64,000 nt of DNA from an uncultured Acidimicrobiia bacterium (GTDB lineage Bacteria > Actinomycetota > Acidimicrobiia > Spongiisociales > UBA4744), in assembly GCA_964594235.1 (NCBI GenBank), contig CAZQMF010000002.1:5697-69696 (forward strand), in the 5' to 3' direction. The notes under the pieces are model-generated. The model did not search any database, was not told where the DNA came from, and saw only the letters and a program-made list of their open reading frames with translations. Below, piece by piece: positions 54,733-64,000 of this stretch (within the stretch, counting starts at the first letter, position 1; the number at the start of each line of letters is the position of its first letter). Made by a program: the position numbers and the translations under genes.

Positions 54733-56661
54733 TCAGCTACCCTCGACCGACGGTTGAAGGTAGCGCGCAAGCCACTGGTGAACTTCGTCGTACCAACGGA
54801 CCGAGTTGTCTCGCTTGAGAATCCAGTGGTTCTCGTCCGGGTAGTAGACGAGGCGCGCCTCGACACCCTTTGCTTTGAGAATCCCGTACAGCTCGAGACC
54901 TTGCGTGAGTGGCACCCGGTAGTCGTGCTCACCGACGATCACGAGCGTGGGCGTCGAGTACCCGGACGCGTGCCGGGCAGGACTCCAGAGATCGACCCGA
55001 TCGGGATCGGTCCAGTAGTCGGCGCCGTAGGCACGCGGGCGACCACGGGTCATGTCCGACGCATACATACCCGAGAGGTTGGTGACGGCAGCATGGGCGA
55101 TTGCGCATGCGAACCGGTCGGTCTGTGTCGTGAGCCACGTCGTCAGGTACCCGCCGTACGACCCACCCGTGATCGCTACACGGTCCTCGTCGATGAAGCC
55201 GAGTGAAACCAGATGGTCGGTGGCCTTGAGGATGTCCTGGGTCGGCATCGCACCCCATGCACCCTGTATCGACTCGGTGAACGCCTGGCCCCAGGACGTC
55301 GAACCGTGGAAGTTGACGAGCGCGACGACATACCCGGGTGCGGCGAACGCATGCGCATTCCAGCGGAAGTGGAACGTGTCGCCGAAGATGCCGTGGGGTC
55401 CGCCATGAATCATGTGTACGAGCGGCCACCGGCTGGCTGGATCGAACCCTGGCGGGTAGACAATGAATCCTTGAATGCGGTCACCGCCGGCACCATCAAA
55501 GTGGAACTCCTCGACTGCGCCGAGTTCCAGTCCGTCGAGCACGTCGACGGTGACGGCGGTCAGCGCGGTGCGCCGACCCTCCTCGACGCGAACCACCTCC
55601 GGTGGGTGGCTCAGGTCTTGGTAGGTGGCAACGAAACCACCCTGGACGGGGACCGGCGCACCGTACGTTCCTCCAGTGGCGATCGCCTCGGGTTGCCCGT
55701 CCGTGAAGCGGTAGACGTTGACCGTCGCCGCGTCCTCCGCTGTGAACAGGAGTGTTCCGTCGTGGCTGAACGCCCAGTCGGACGCCGACCTGTCCCAGTC
55801 TTCTGTCAGGACTTCGTGTGTCTCGGTGCTGCGGTCGAACCGGACGAGACGCACGTTGTCCGCATAGAAGTCCAGTTCTCGCTGCATTCCGTAGACGATG
55901 GACGCGCCGTCCGGGCTGTAGCGGGGGCGCCGCTCGTGGCCCGTGCCGTCAGGGGTGATGCAGCGGAGTGGCCCGCCCTCGATGGGCACCACGAACACGA
56001 CGGACCGTCTCTCGTCCTCCGGCGTGTCGACGGTGAATGCAGAGAACGCGACTTCCTTCCCGTCGGGCGAGACGTCGTAGGAATCACCCTCCTGGTTCCA
56101 CATCCACCAGTTCGTCGCGTCGGGGGTCAGGTCCTCGACCGTTCGAGTTGTGAGGTCGAGGTGAAACAGATGCGGGACCTTGCCGTCGGTCAGCCACCGG
56201 TCCCAATACCGGAAGACCCGTTGTTCCGTGGCTCTCACGGTGGGCGGTTCGAACACTCGCGTCTCCTCAACGGTGAGGGCGTCTCTGTAGAGGGGCGACA
56301 GGAACAACACACCCGTGCCGTCCGGCATCCACCTGGGTCCCATGACACCCAAGGGCATGTCCGTGACCCGCTCCGCCTCGCCACCGTCGAGTGGCATCAC
56401 GTGGAGTTGACCGGGGCCCTCGGGTTCGGGGGAGCGAACGAACGCAACTCTCGAACCGTCAGGGGAGACCGAGGGCGACGTGGCGTCTGCCTGGGTGAGC
56501 GCGACGGGCCTGTCCCCGACGAGTACGGTGATCGTCGTCGTCGACGACGATCCTTCGTACCTCGTCACCGGGACGACGATTCTGCCTCCACCGACAGATG
56601 GTTGGCCCACGCGCGGGAGGACCCACAGGTCATCCGCGGTCATGATGTGTTTCATCATCGT
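54733..56661 (-). CDS. S9-family serine peptidase (prolyl oligopeptidase / acylaminoacyl-peptidase type) with an N-terminal beta-propeller
   Basis: Start MMKHIM. It has propeller repeats (SPDGSRVAFV...; SPDGKEVAF...; SPDGASIVY), a catalytic Ser in GGSYGGYLT, and later Asp/His (VGEHDYRVP...ENHW). Confidence 0.8.
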   Translation of the reverse strand, partial: TMMKHIMTADDLWVLPRVGQPSVGGGRIVVPVTRYEGSSSTTTITVLVGDRPVALTQADATSPSVSPDGSRVAFVRSPEPEGPGQLHVMPLDGGEAERVTDMPLGVMGPRWMPDGTGVLFLSPLYRDALTVEETRVFEPPTVRATEQRVFRYWDRWLTDGKVPHLFHLDLTTRTVEDLTPDATNWWMWNQEGDSYDVSPDGKEVAFSAFTVDTPEDERRSVVFVVPIEGGPLRCITPDGTGHERRPRYSPDGASIVYGMQRELDFYADNVRLVRFDRSTETHEVLTEDWDRSASDWAFSHDGTLLFTAEDAATVNVYRFTDGQPEAIATGGTYGAPVPVQGGFVATYQDLSHPPEVVRVEEGRRTALTAVTVDVLDGLELGAVEEFHFDGAGGDRIQGFIVYPPGFDPASRWPLVHMIHGGPHGIFGDTFHFRWNAHAFAAPGYVVALVNFHGSTSWGQAFTESIQGAWGAMPTQDILKATDHLVSLGFIDEDRVAITGGSYGGYLTTWLTTQTDRFACAIAHAAVTNLSGMYASDMTRGRPRAYGADYWTDPDRVDLWSPARHASGYSTPTLVIVGEHDYRVPLTQGLELYGILKAKGVEARLVYYPDENHWILKRDNSVRWYDEVHQWLARYLQPSVEGS

Positions 56662-58151
56662 CCTCTCGTTCTTCGTCCTGGCTTGCGTCTGGTCGCCTTG
56701 TTGAGTGCCCGCATGTTGGCGATCACGTCGTCCGTCAACGCGTCGATATCCGCCCTCCACTGCCAGTTGTTCGACATCGAGCCAGGGAGGTTCATGCGGG
56801 CATCGGTGCCGAGGTCGAGCACATCTTGGAGAGGCGCGATCGCGAAGACGGCCCTGGACTTCCACACTGCCCACATACCATCCCATGCAATCTCGCTGTC
56901 ATCAGTGCCGAGGTACTCGAGCACGAACGTCCGTTCGTCGTCGACAAGGCTGTCGAACCACCCTCTGGTGGTGTCGTTGTCGTGGGTACCCGTGTAGGCG
57001 ACGCTGTTCTTCGGGTAGTTGTGGGGGAGAAACGGGTTCCTGCGGTCCGTGTCGAAACCGAACTGAAAGATCTTCATTCCCGGGAAACCGAGGCGGTCGC
57101 GCAGTATCGGAACCCGCGGGTCGATCTCACCGAGGTCTTCGGCGATGATCGGGAGCGTGCCGAGTTCTGTCTCGATCGACCGGAAGAATCCCTCACCGGG
57201 CCCGTCGACCCACCGTCCATCGATGGCAGTGTCGGCACCTCCTGGGACTTCCCAGTAGTTGACGAAGCCGCGGAAGTGGTCGATGCGAATGACATCCACG
57301 CGACGGAGCGTCGACCTGAAGCGTTCGATCCACCACGCGTAGCCCGTGCGCCTGTGTGCTTCCCAGTCGTAGAGGGGGTTTCCCCAGAGTTGACCTGTTT
57401 CGGAGAAGTAGTCGGGCGGTACGCCCGCCTGAACTGAAGGACGTCCCTCCTCGTCGAGTTGGAACAGGTCACGGTTTGCCCATACATCTGCGGAATCTGC
57501 AGCGGTGAAGATCGGGATGTCGCCGATGATCGAGATGCCGGCGCGCTGCGCGCGATCGTGGAGCCGTTTCCACTGGCCGCCGAAGAGGAACTGCGCGAAC
57601 TGATGCCGTTCGATGTCCCCGCGATATGCCTTCCGAGCCTTCTCGAGCTGGTCGGGATCCCGGTCTCTCAGCTTCGGCGGCCAGAGCGTCCACGCGCTGC
57701 CCCCGTACATGTCCTTCAGCGTCATGAAGAGTGCGAAGTCGTCGAGCCATGTCCGATTGTCCTGCTTGAACGTCTCGAAATCCGAGTCGGAGCCGAAACG
57801 CTCGAAGGCAGTGTCGATCAACCTGCGCTTCCAAGGGATGAGTAGTCCGTAGTCGACCCGCCCGGCAGGGAAGGTGGGGGTTGGATCGAGATCCGACGTC
57901 TCGAGGAGACCGTCCTCGACGAGAGCGGACGGGCTGATCAGATTCGGGTTGCCCGCGAAGCTCGAAAAGCTCTGATAGGGGGAGTCGGCGTACCCTGTCG
58001 GACCAAGAGGGAGCACCTGCCAAAGAGCACAACCCATGGCTCCGAGCTGGTCTATCCAACGGTGGGCATCTGGACCGATATCGCCGATTCCCGTCGGGCC
58101 GGGCAGGCTGGTCGGGTGGACGAGCACACCTGACGATCGAGTGAAGTGCAT
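56655..58151 (-). CDS. malQ: 4-alpha-glucanotransferase (amylomaltase, GH77)
   Basis: It has RSSGVLVHPTSLPGPTGIGDIG...IIGDIPIF...RIDHFRGF...HDNDT. The start at MHFTRSSG was chosen to clear the upstream gene. Confidence 0.8.
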   Translation of the reverse strand: MHFTRSSGVLVHPTSLPGPTGIGDIGPDAHRWIDQLGAMGCALWQVLPLGPTGYADSPYQSFSSFAGNPNLISPSALVEDGLLETSDLDPTPTFPAGRVDYGLLIPWKRRLIDTAFERFGSDSDFETFKQDNRTWLDDFALFMTLKDMYGGSAWTLWPPKLRDRDPDQLEKARKAYRGDIERHQFAQFLFGGQWKRLHDRAQRAGISIIGDIPIFTAADSADVWANRDLFQLDEEGRPSVQAGVPPDYFSETGQLWGNPLYDWEAHRRTGYAWWIERFRSTLRRVDVIRIDHFRGFVNYWEVPGGADTAIDGRWVDGPGEGFFRSIETELGTLPIIAEDLGEIDPRVPILRDRLGFPGMKIFQFGFDTDRRNPFLPHNYPKNSVAYTGTHDNDTTRGWFDSLVDDERTFVLEYLGTDDSEIAWDGMWAVWKSRAVFAIAPLQDVLDLGTDARMNLPGSMSNNWQWRADIDALTDDVIANMRALNKATRRKPGRRTRGR

Positions 58152-58158
58152 CCGTGCA

Positions 58159-59379
58159 TTATTGCGCGGGTTCATCGATCAGAATCCGCAGTGCATCACG
58201 TGCGGTGCGCAGCGATGTCGCCACCGAGTCCGACGAGGATCCGGTGGCAAACAGGAATCCGAGGTAGCGGGAAGGGTCGGGAAGCGCTGCGACCCGGGCA
58301 CCTTTCGGGACGACGATCACCACCTCGGAGACCCCCGGGACGTCTCCGGCCGCGGAAAGGCCCTCGACGCCGCGGAACGTTCCGGAGATGGGGACCGGCA
58401 GCATATAGACGCCCGACGCCACGTGCTCGCGGTGTGGGTCGACAGGCAGTCCAACGGCATGACGGAGCAGGAGATTCTCGAGTGTCGTTCCGAGCAGCCC
58501 GAAGCGCAGCGAACGCGAGCACAGTCCGCCGATCGAACGGGCGGCGACCTCGATGATCGTGACCGTCGGCCCGTCGACGCGCAGCTCGGCGTGTATCGGG
58601 CCCTCTCGCAGACCGATAGCGTCGACGGCCCGGGCCGTGACAGCCTCGACCTCCTCCGACACTTCGGGATGCAGGGTCGATGGTGTCACCAGCATTGTTT
58701 CTTCGAAGTACGGCCCCTCCGTCTGCTCGGGTTTGTCCAAGATCGCGAGCACGACCAGGTTTCCGTCGGTGATCAGTCCTTCCACGGCAACCTCGACGCC
58801 GGGTTGGTACCGCTCGACGAGGATCGGCTCGTTCGGGTTCCTTCCTGCCACGGCGAGGATCCGCCTGATGCGCTCTGCGGCCGCCGGGGACTGCAGTGGA
58901 TGGTCGACCCTGATCACTCCGGCGGCTCCAGACAGTGACAACGGTTTGAGCACGACTGGAGTCCCGACGAACTCGGTGATGGCCACGATGTCGGTGCTTG
59001 GCGTGGCGAGTTCGAACGCGGGCTGTGGAACGTGACCTGATTCGAGCGCCCTCCGCAGCATTGCCTTGTTGAGGGTCGTCGCCACCGCCGATGGTGGGTT
59101 GTGGCGTACACCGAGCAGCTCAGCGGCCATTGCAGCCGCCATCACCGACCCATCATCCACCGCGATGACGGCATCGATCGAGGACCCCATCTGTGCGATT
59201 GCCGTGGCGGACGCCCTCGGATCGGTGAGGTCGACGCGGAGATACCGGTCGTCCTCAAACGCGGGTGGGGCATCCGAGGCGACGATGAGATCGAGATCCA
59301 GCGACCGGGCAGCCTCGACGAAGGCGCCGGCCCGGTACGTGCCGGACGGGATGACGATCACGGCGGTGTGCACCGACAC
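58159..59379 (-). CDS. ATP-grasp domain protein (pre-ATP-grasp + ATP-grasp; carboxylate-amine ligase-like)
   Basis: It has TPVVLKPLSLSGAAGVIRV...LVERYQPGVEVAVEGL...GPIHAELRV. The start is uncertain (GTG near 59379, or ATG 59442 which would overlap the divergent gene). Confidence 0.6.
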   Translation of the reverse strand: MSVHTAVIVIPSGTYRAGAFVEAARSLDLDLIVASDAPPAFEDDRYLRVDLTDPRASATAIAQMGSSIDAVIAVDDGSVMAAAMAAELLGVRHNPPSAVATTLNKAMLRRALESGHVPQPAFELATPSTDIVAITEFVGTPVVLKPLSLSGAAGVIRVDHPLQSPAAAERIRRILAVAGRNPNEPILVERYQPGVEVAVEGLITDGNLVVLAILDKPEQTEGPYFEETMLVTPSTLHPEVSEEVEAVTARAVDAIGLREGPIHAELRVDGPTVTIIEVAARSIGGLCSRSLRFGLLGTTLENLLLRHAVGLPVDPHREHVASGVYMLPVPISGTFRGVEGLSAAGDVPGVSEVVIVVPKGARVAALPDPSRYLGFLFATGSSSDSVATSLRTARDALRILIDEPAQ

Positions 59380-59440
59380 ATTCTCGTCACCTGCAGGGAC
59401 TGTGTCAGCTTGCTCCCGGTCGGGGGTACGATCATGAGCC

Positions 59441-60052
59441 ATGGCCAACACGCTCACGATCACCGATCCGGCGCTCACCAAGATCATTGAGATCAGGGAC
59501 GAGGAACGTGCCGACGGCGAAGTAGTGCTCCTGCTCGAAGTGACAGGCATGCGAGATGAGGAGTTCACCTACGCGTTGAGTTTCGTCCCGCTCACGCACG
59601 TGGAACGATCATGTCTCATCGAACGTCACGGTGATCTCGGGCTCGCGCTTCGCGACGAGGATCTCGACAAGCTCCGGGGGGCCACGCTGGACATGAGGGC
59701 GGGCGGTCTGGCGATGGACAACCCCAACCGTCCGGCCAGCCCGACGCTCGAGTCCGGCTCGTTTGGAACACTCGAGGGATCGATGGCCGAACGCGTTGCC
59801 CACGTGATCGACCACCAGGTGAACCCGGCCATCGCTGCCCACGGCGGTGCCGCCAGGCTGGCCGGCGTCGAGGGAACCGACGTGTACCTGCAACTCCTCG
59901 GAGGATGCCAGGGGTGTGGTCTCGCTGCGGTCACGCTGAGGCAAGGCATCGAACGGATCCTTCGAAACGCCATCCCCGAGATGGGCAGGATCGTGGACGT
60001 GACCGACCATCAGGCGGGCACGAATCCGTACTACGAGACCGCCAAGAAGTGA
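59441..60052 (+). CDS. Nfu/NifU-like Fe-S cluster assembly protein (A-type-like N-domain + C-terminal NifU domain)
   Basis: The C-terminal region has the CQGCG motif (LLGGCQGCGLAAVTL), typical of Nfu-type carriers. Confidence 0.65.
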   Translation: MANTLTITDPALTKIIEIRDEERADGEVVLLLEVTGMRDEEFTYALSFVPLTHVERSCLIERHGDLGLALRDEDLDKLRGATLDMRAGGLAMDNPNRPASPTLESGSFGTLEGSMAERVAHVIDHQVNPAIAAHGGAARLAGVEGTDVYLQLLGGCQGCGLAAVTLRQGIERILRNAIPEMGRIVDVTDHQAGTNPYYETAKK

Positions 60053-60076
60053 TCCATCTCGAATAGTCTCGCTCTC

Positions 60077-60763
60077 ATGGGGTGGCCTAGCACTCCTTCG
60101 AGCCTCGTCGGTGAGCAGATCCGAGTCGCGTTACTCGACGCGCCCGAGTGGACACCGGGACCTGACCTCCTCATCGGAGGGGTGTTTGTGTGTTTCGAGC
60201 GAGGGGGCGCCGGCCCTGGTGCAGCCGGAGATCGTGGCTGGGCGGCCGCGGCGGTGCGGAGAGGACGTCGAGTCGTCATCGCAACGACGAGTGGAGAGGC
60301 GGGAGCGGCCTATGAGCCGGGATTCCTCGCGCTACGTGAGGGCCCGCTGCTCGAAGCGGCGGTGATGTCCCTCGCCGTTCGGCCCGATGTGCTCCTCGTC
60401 GACGCGACAGGCAGGGACCACCCTCGCCGGGCCGGGCTGGCGCTCGAGCTGGGAATGGTGCTGGATCTGCCGACGGTGGGTGTGACGAACCGGCCCCTGG
60501 TCGCATGCGGTCCAGAACCGGGTTCCGATCGACTCAGTCGAGCGGGGCTGTCGATAGAGGGAGACGTGGTCGGGTACCGGCTTCGAACTCGCGAGTCCAC
60601 CCGTCCTCTCTGCGTGCATGCGGGCTGGCGCACGACGCCCGAGACAGCTCTCGATGTGGTCGTGCAGGCGACCGGAAGGTTCCGAACCCCTGAACCGCTC
60701 AGGAAAGCGAGGACATTGGCGCGCAGGGCACGGTCACTGGCGGAGTGCGTTGGCGACTCGTAG
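60077..60763 (+). CDS. nfi: Endonuclease V (deoxyinosine 3'-endonuclease)
   Basis: It has GGVFVCFERGG...YEPGFLALREGPLL...VLLVDATGRDHPRRAGLALELG...LPTVGVTNRPL, which are the conserved Nfi blocks. Confidence 0.8.
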   Translation: MGWPSTPSSLVGEQIRVALLDAPEWTPGPDLLIGGVFVCFERGGAGPGAAGDRGWAAAAVRRGRRVVIATTSGEAGAAYEPGFLALREGPLLEAAVMSLAVRPDVLLVDATGRDHPRRAGLALELGMVLDLPTVGVTNRPLVACGPEPGSDRLSRAGLSIEGDVVGYRLRTRESTRPLCVHAGWRTTPETALDVVVQATGRFRTPEPLRKARTLARRARSLAECVGDS

Positions 60764-61183
60764 TACGAAGTTCTGGACGGTGCTCTCCGCAATCCGATGC
60801 AGCAGCGCGTCATCGAAGATCTGACCGATCGAACCGAACGGGACCGAGTACGAGCCACTCAGCCGGATCTGAGTGGTCCCGTCGCTCACTCCGGCCAGTC
60901 GCAGTTCGGCCGTCATCATCGGGAAGAGCATCGGTGTGCCGGTCGCTTTCCACGCGATGGGGACCGTGAAGAGGTCATGGCCGTACTCGGGCTCCCCGGT
61001 TTCCATCACCACCGTCTTGGCGAGCACGGGAGTGGTCCTGCCCGGACCGACCTTCGCTCGCAGGAGCTCGCCGGTTCGATACGCCTCGTATGCCCAACCG
61101 CCGAGTTCGGCCAGCACCGGCTCGAGACGTTGTACCGCGACGTCAAACGGCACCTGTATCTGCGACAGATAGGTGACAAACAC
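60734..61183 (-). CDS. Hypothetical protein (149 aa)
   Basis: ORF with codon-biased composition and no confident motif. It is convergent with nfi, with the 3' ends overlapping by 30 nt. Confidence 0.4.
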   Translation of the reverse strand: MFVTYLSQIQVPFDVAVQRLEPVLAELGGWAYEAYRTGELLRAKVGPGRTTPVLAKTVVMETGEPEYGHDLFTVPIAWKATGTPMLFPMMTAELRLAGVSDGTTQIRLSGSYSVPFGSIGQIFDDALLHRIAESTVQNFVLRVANALRQ

Positions 61184-61439
61184 CGAAGCAGTGTGTCATA
61201 CCGTCCAGGGGTACAACAAGGGCCGAACGTCACATACGAGAAGAGAGAGCCGGGAGGGTGTGGGATCGATTGGGGTCGGTTCGCTCCCGGCTCTCTCGGG
61301 CCGACAGGTTGGTGGTGCCCGCCGACCCGCGTCATCTCATATCGTGGGGGACGCGACTCGAACGGTCCAGGGGCAAATGGCCCTTTTCGAGCAGCCGGCC
61401 GCCTCCGCAGTACAGTTCGTCCGTCGACGCGGAGGACCG

Positions 61440-62237
61440 ATGAGGGAATCGACCTTTCCTGGAAGCGAGGGCAGCGTCCACTACCGAGTGTGGGATGCAT
61501 CCGATCGACCTCGCCGGGTAGTCCTCATCGTGCACGGCTACGCGGAACACGGCGGACGGTACGCGCACGTCGCAGATGCGCTCGCCACGCAGGGTGCGAC
61601 CGTGTACGCCCCTGATCACATCGGGCATGGACAGACCGACGGCGAACGCGCGCTGATCCGTGACTTCGAGCGTGTCGTTGACGACCTGGAGCAGGTGTCG
61701 CGTATCGCTGCGGAGGAACAGGGCGACGTGCCGCTCGTCGTAGTCGGCCACTCGATGGGAGGGCTCTTGAGCGCCCGGTTCGCCGAGCGCAACCCTTCAG
61801 CCATCGCCGGTCTCGCGTTCATGGGGGCGGTGATCGGCGACTGGGATTGGGCGCGCAGGGCACTCGACGACCCGTCACTGATGGAAGCACCATCGGACGT
61901 CGCCGGCATGTCTACCGTCCGAGAGGCGCAGGAGTCGTACGCGAACGACCCGCTCGTCTATCACGGTCTCTACAAGCGTCCACTTCTCGTAGCCGAGGTT
62001 GCAGCGCTCGACCGTTTCAACGCGGAGCTCGACCGCTTGACCATGCCGATCCTGTTCATGCACGGCATCGACGATCCGTTCGTGCCCTACCTCACGTCGA
62101 TGGATGCGGTCCTGCGCATGCCGTCCGACGACGTCACGATCCGGCTGTTCAAGGGAGACCGGCATGAACTCGTCAACGAACGGGACCGGTACGAGGTCAT
62201 TGCCGAGCTCGCTCGCTTCGCGGCCAGGTTCACCTAG
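61440..62237 (+). CDS. Alpha/beta hydrolase (lysophospholipase / monoacylglycerol lipase family)
   Basis: Start MRESTFPG. It has VLIVHGYAEHGGRY...GHSMGG (nucleophile elbow)...D...H (GDRHEL). Confidence 0.75.
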   Translation: MRESTFPGSEGSVHYRVWDASDRPRRVVLIVHGYAEHGGRYAHVADALATQGATVYAPDHIGHGQTDGERALIRDFERVVDDLEQVSRIAAEEQGDVPLVVVGHSMGGLLSARFAERNPSAIAGLAFMGAVIGDWDWARRALDDPSLMEAPSDVAGMSTVREAQESYANDPLVYHGLYKRPLLVAEVAALDRFNAELDRLTMPILFMHGIDDPFVPYLTSMDAVLRMPSDDVTIRLFKGDRHELVNERDRYEVIAELARFAARFT

Positions 62238-63007
62238 CCCATTCGACCTTCGAGGTGAAGAGGTCGGAGGAGGCGGTCTGCGAAACCCGGTGTGAGGGTC
62301 GAGAACCACACGTAGAGCCGCCCGCGCACGGCAGGGACGTACACCTCCGGCCTCGGACGTCGAATCGCCGATATCACCGCCTTCGCCGCGGTCTCGGCCG
62401 AGGTCTTGCGTTGGACCGAGGGGACGTCGAGCCGTTCGATCATCGCCGTGTCGACTCTGCCCGCGTGAATCCCGGTGACAGCGATGCCTCGTTCCGCCAG
62501 CTCCTGTCGGGCGACACCGGTGAATCCGGTCAGCGCGTGCTTCGCAGCAGCGTAGGCACCCTCGGCCGGCACTCCCCGCTTGCCGTCCAGTGAGTTCATG
62601 AAGATGAAGTGCCCACCGTGAGTCATGAACGGAAGGGCGGCGAGGGTCAGCGACACGTTGGACAGATAGTCGATGCGCATGATCTTTTCCCAGAGGTCTG
62701 GGCCCGTCTCTTCGATGGCACCGTGATGCCAGATGCCGGCATTGCCGATCACGACGTCGATGTGACCCCATCGGTCGATCGTCGCCTGTACGAGCTGTCG
62801 GACCTGATGATCGTCGGCGACGTCGGTTGGAGCCACCAACCCCTCGCCGCCTGCTCGGAAGACCTCGTCGGCCAACGTCTGAAGGAGTGGTTCCCTCCGC
62901 GCCGCGAGCGCGATCCGTGCGCCCCGACGACCCAGGGCCAGTGCCGTGGCTCGGCCGATGCCTGACGACGCCCCGGTGAGGACGATGACGCGCTCCGACA
63001 GGTTCAC
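62234..63007 (-). CDS. SDR-family oxidoreductase
   Basis: GTG start (VNLSERVIVLTGASSGIGRATA). It has NAGI and the catalytic YAAAKHAL. It is convergent with the hydrolase gene, with a 4-nt overlap. Confidence 0.75.
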   Translation of the reverse strand: MNLSERVIVLTGASSGIGRATALALGRRGARIALAARREPLLQTLADEVFRAGGEGLVAPTDVADDHQVRQLVQATIDRWGHIDVVIGNAGIWHHGAIEETGPDLWEKIMRIDYLSNVSLTLAALPFMTHGGHFIFMNSLDGKRGVPAEGAYAAAKHALTGFTGVARQELAERGIAVTGIHAGRVDTAMIERLDVPSVQRKTSAETAAKAVISAIRRPRPEVYVPAVRGRLYVWFSTLTPGFADRLLRPLHLEGRMG

Positions 63008-63076
63008 CCCGCGATGGTAGGAAGTTTCTCCTGCCTCCGTCACTGCGGCTCCTAGTCTGCCGAGTGAGGAGGTGCG

Positions 63077-64000
63077 ATGGACGCGAAGCAGTATTCGACC
63101 AACGAAGCGACGTACGGTGCCTACGCGACGCACATCTCGCCGGGCAAGGTGGCCCTTTTTCGGCAACTCGACCTGCAACTCGTCATGGGCGAAAGAGGGG
63201 GTTCGAGCTTCAAGGACGCCTACACGGGCGACCGTTTCTACAACTGCCACTGCAACGGTGGCGTCTTCAACCTCGGTCACCGCAACGCCACGGTGCTCAA
63301 CGTGGTTCGTGAGGCGCTCGACTCCCTCGACATCGGCAACCACCACCTCGTGTCGGGCCTCCGGGCGCGCCTCGCCGAGCGGCTCAGCGCGACGACGGAT
63401 GATGAGCTACCAGGCGTGATCTTCGGTGTTGGTGGTGGCGAGGCAATGGATCTCGCCCTCAAGGCCGCTCGGGGTGTCACGGGACGTCAAGTCATCGTGT
63501 CGGCGAAGGGCGGCTATCACGGCCACACCGGTCTCGCCGTTGCCGCCGGGAATCCCGAGTACCGATCACCGTTCGGTCCCAACCTCCCGGGCTTCGTTCA
63601 GGTCCCCTTTGACGACCTGGACGCGCTCGAAGCAACCGTCGACGACGCCACTGCTGCGGTGCTTCTCGAACCGGTGCCGGCCACGTTGGGCATGCCGATC
63701 GCCGCGGACGGGTACTTCCGGTCGGTTGCCGAGATCGTTCGACGAGCCGGTGCACTGCTCATCATGGACGAGGTGCAAACGGGTCTCGGAAGGACCGGAT
63801 CCATGTGGTGCTACGGGCAACTCGGTGTCGTGCCAGACATACTCGTCACCGGCAAGGGGCTGAGCGGAGGTATCTACCCGATCAGCGCGACGATGATGAC
63901 GAGGGAGGTGCTGTCCTTCTTCGAGTCCTTACCGTTCGTGCATCTGTCGACGTTTGGCGGAGCCGAACCAGGCTGCGCAGCAGCGCTCGCAGTGCTCGAC
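63077..64000 (+). CDS. Class-III (omega) aminotransferase, PLP-dependent (acetylornithine/GABA aminotransferase family); 3' end is beyond the window
   Basis: The RBS GAGGAGG lies upstream. I translated it by hand: MDAKQYSTNEATYGAYATHISPGKVALFRQLDLQLVMGERGGSSFKDAYTGDRFYNCHCNGGVFNLGHRN...LLIMDEVQTGLGRTGSMWCY...VTGKGLSGGIYP. It is not in the ORF track because it has no stop in the window. Confidence 0.75.
   Translation, partial: MDAKQYSTNEATYGAYATHISPGKVALFRQLDLQLVMGERGGSSFKDAYTGDRFYNCHCNGGVFNLGHRNATVLNVVREALDSLDIGNHHLVSGLRARLAERLSATTDDELPGVIFGVGGGEAMDLALKAARGVTGRQVIVSAKGGYHGHTGLAVAAGNPEYRSPFGPNLPGFVQVPFDDLDALEATVDDATAAVLLEPVPATLGMPIAADGYFRSVAEIVRRAGALLIMDEVQTGLGRTGSMWCYGQLGVVPDILVTGKGLSGGIYPISATMMTREVLSFFESLPFVHLSTFGGAEPGCAAALAVLD

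Noticed and set aside
61340-61380. tRNA-like TTCGAGT / CCCCCA segment
   Set aside because: I could not fold it into a cloverleaf. The T-stem and acceptor pairings fail, so it is not a tRNA.

Overview
The window is high-GC DNA (about 68-70% GC by eye), probably from an actinobacterium, judged from the codon bias. Overlapping GTGA and ATGA stop/start junctions are frequent, so several gene runs are likely operons. I see no rRNA genes, tRNA genes or CRISPR arrays, and no transposase, integrase or phage genes.

Gene content, in order along the window:
- 1-3,958: a pyruvate kinase 3' fragment, a VanW-family exoprotein, a standalone PD-(D/E)XK (Cas4/RecB-like) nuclease and a Thr-rich exoprotein.
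- 4,062-10,075: an OmpR-type response regulator and sensor kinase, a translationally coupled pair of IniA/IniC-like dynamin-like GTPases, and an MscS channel.
- 10,106-20,064: an eIF2B-like protein, a DAGK-type lipid kinase, an ADP-ribosylglycohydrolase-like protein, an MFS transporter, a Zn alcohol dehydrogenase, divergent aspartate/phosphoserine aminotransferases, and P5C dehydrogenase.
- 20,116-24,622: a small tandem-repeat protein, a secreted thermonuclease with a lamin-tail domain, an alpha/beta hydrolase, a USP-CBS protein, an NADH oxidase/CoA-disulfide reductase-type flavoprotein and a LapA-like membrane protein.
- 24,666-31,772: a very large UMF1-type MFS transporter, a cystathionine gamma-synthase-family enzyme, a PQQ sugar dehydrogenase lipoprotein, a CPBP intramembrane protease coupled to an HExxH membrane protein, and a PPOX/F420-type protein.
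- 31,810-40,405: a HerA-like ATPase, a DUF819 membrane protein, a PLP decarboxylase, and an sbcD-sbcC operon with a coupled third gene that I tentatively read as NurA-like.
- 40,634-64,000: gpsA, ychF, a CPA2 antiporter with two USP domains, a cytochrome c, a lipid/branched-chain beta-oxidation-like set (SDR, CoA-transferase III/racemase-like, FadD, split MFE-2 SDR + MaoC hydratase) interrupted by a GH13 alpha-glucosidase, thiamine pyrophosphokinase, an S9 peptidase, MalQ, an ATP-grasp protein, an Nfu-like protein, endonuclease V, a lysophospholipase-like hydrolase, an SDR and a class-III aminotransferase (3' truncated).

The most interesting signals are:
- an archaeal-style association of a HerA-like ATPase with an Mre11/Rad50 (SbcDC) operon plus a putative NurA-like gene;
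- a two-component system / dynamin pair / MscS membrane-stress module;
- a dispersed intergenic repeat family (at least three full copies) carrying TGACTGA heptamer arrays that give stop codons in all three frames;
- a tandem palindromic element at 29.7 kb;
- a 270-bp highly structured spacer with three perfect palindromes;
- a CPBP protease coupled to an HExxH protein.
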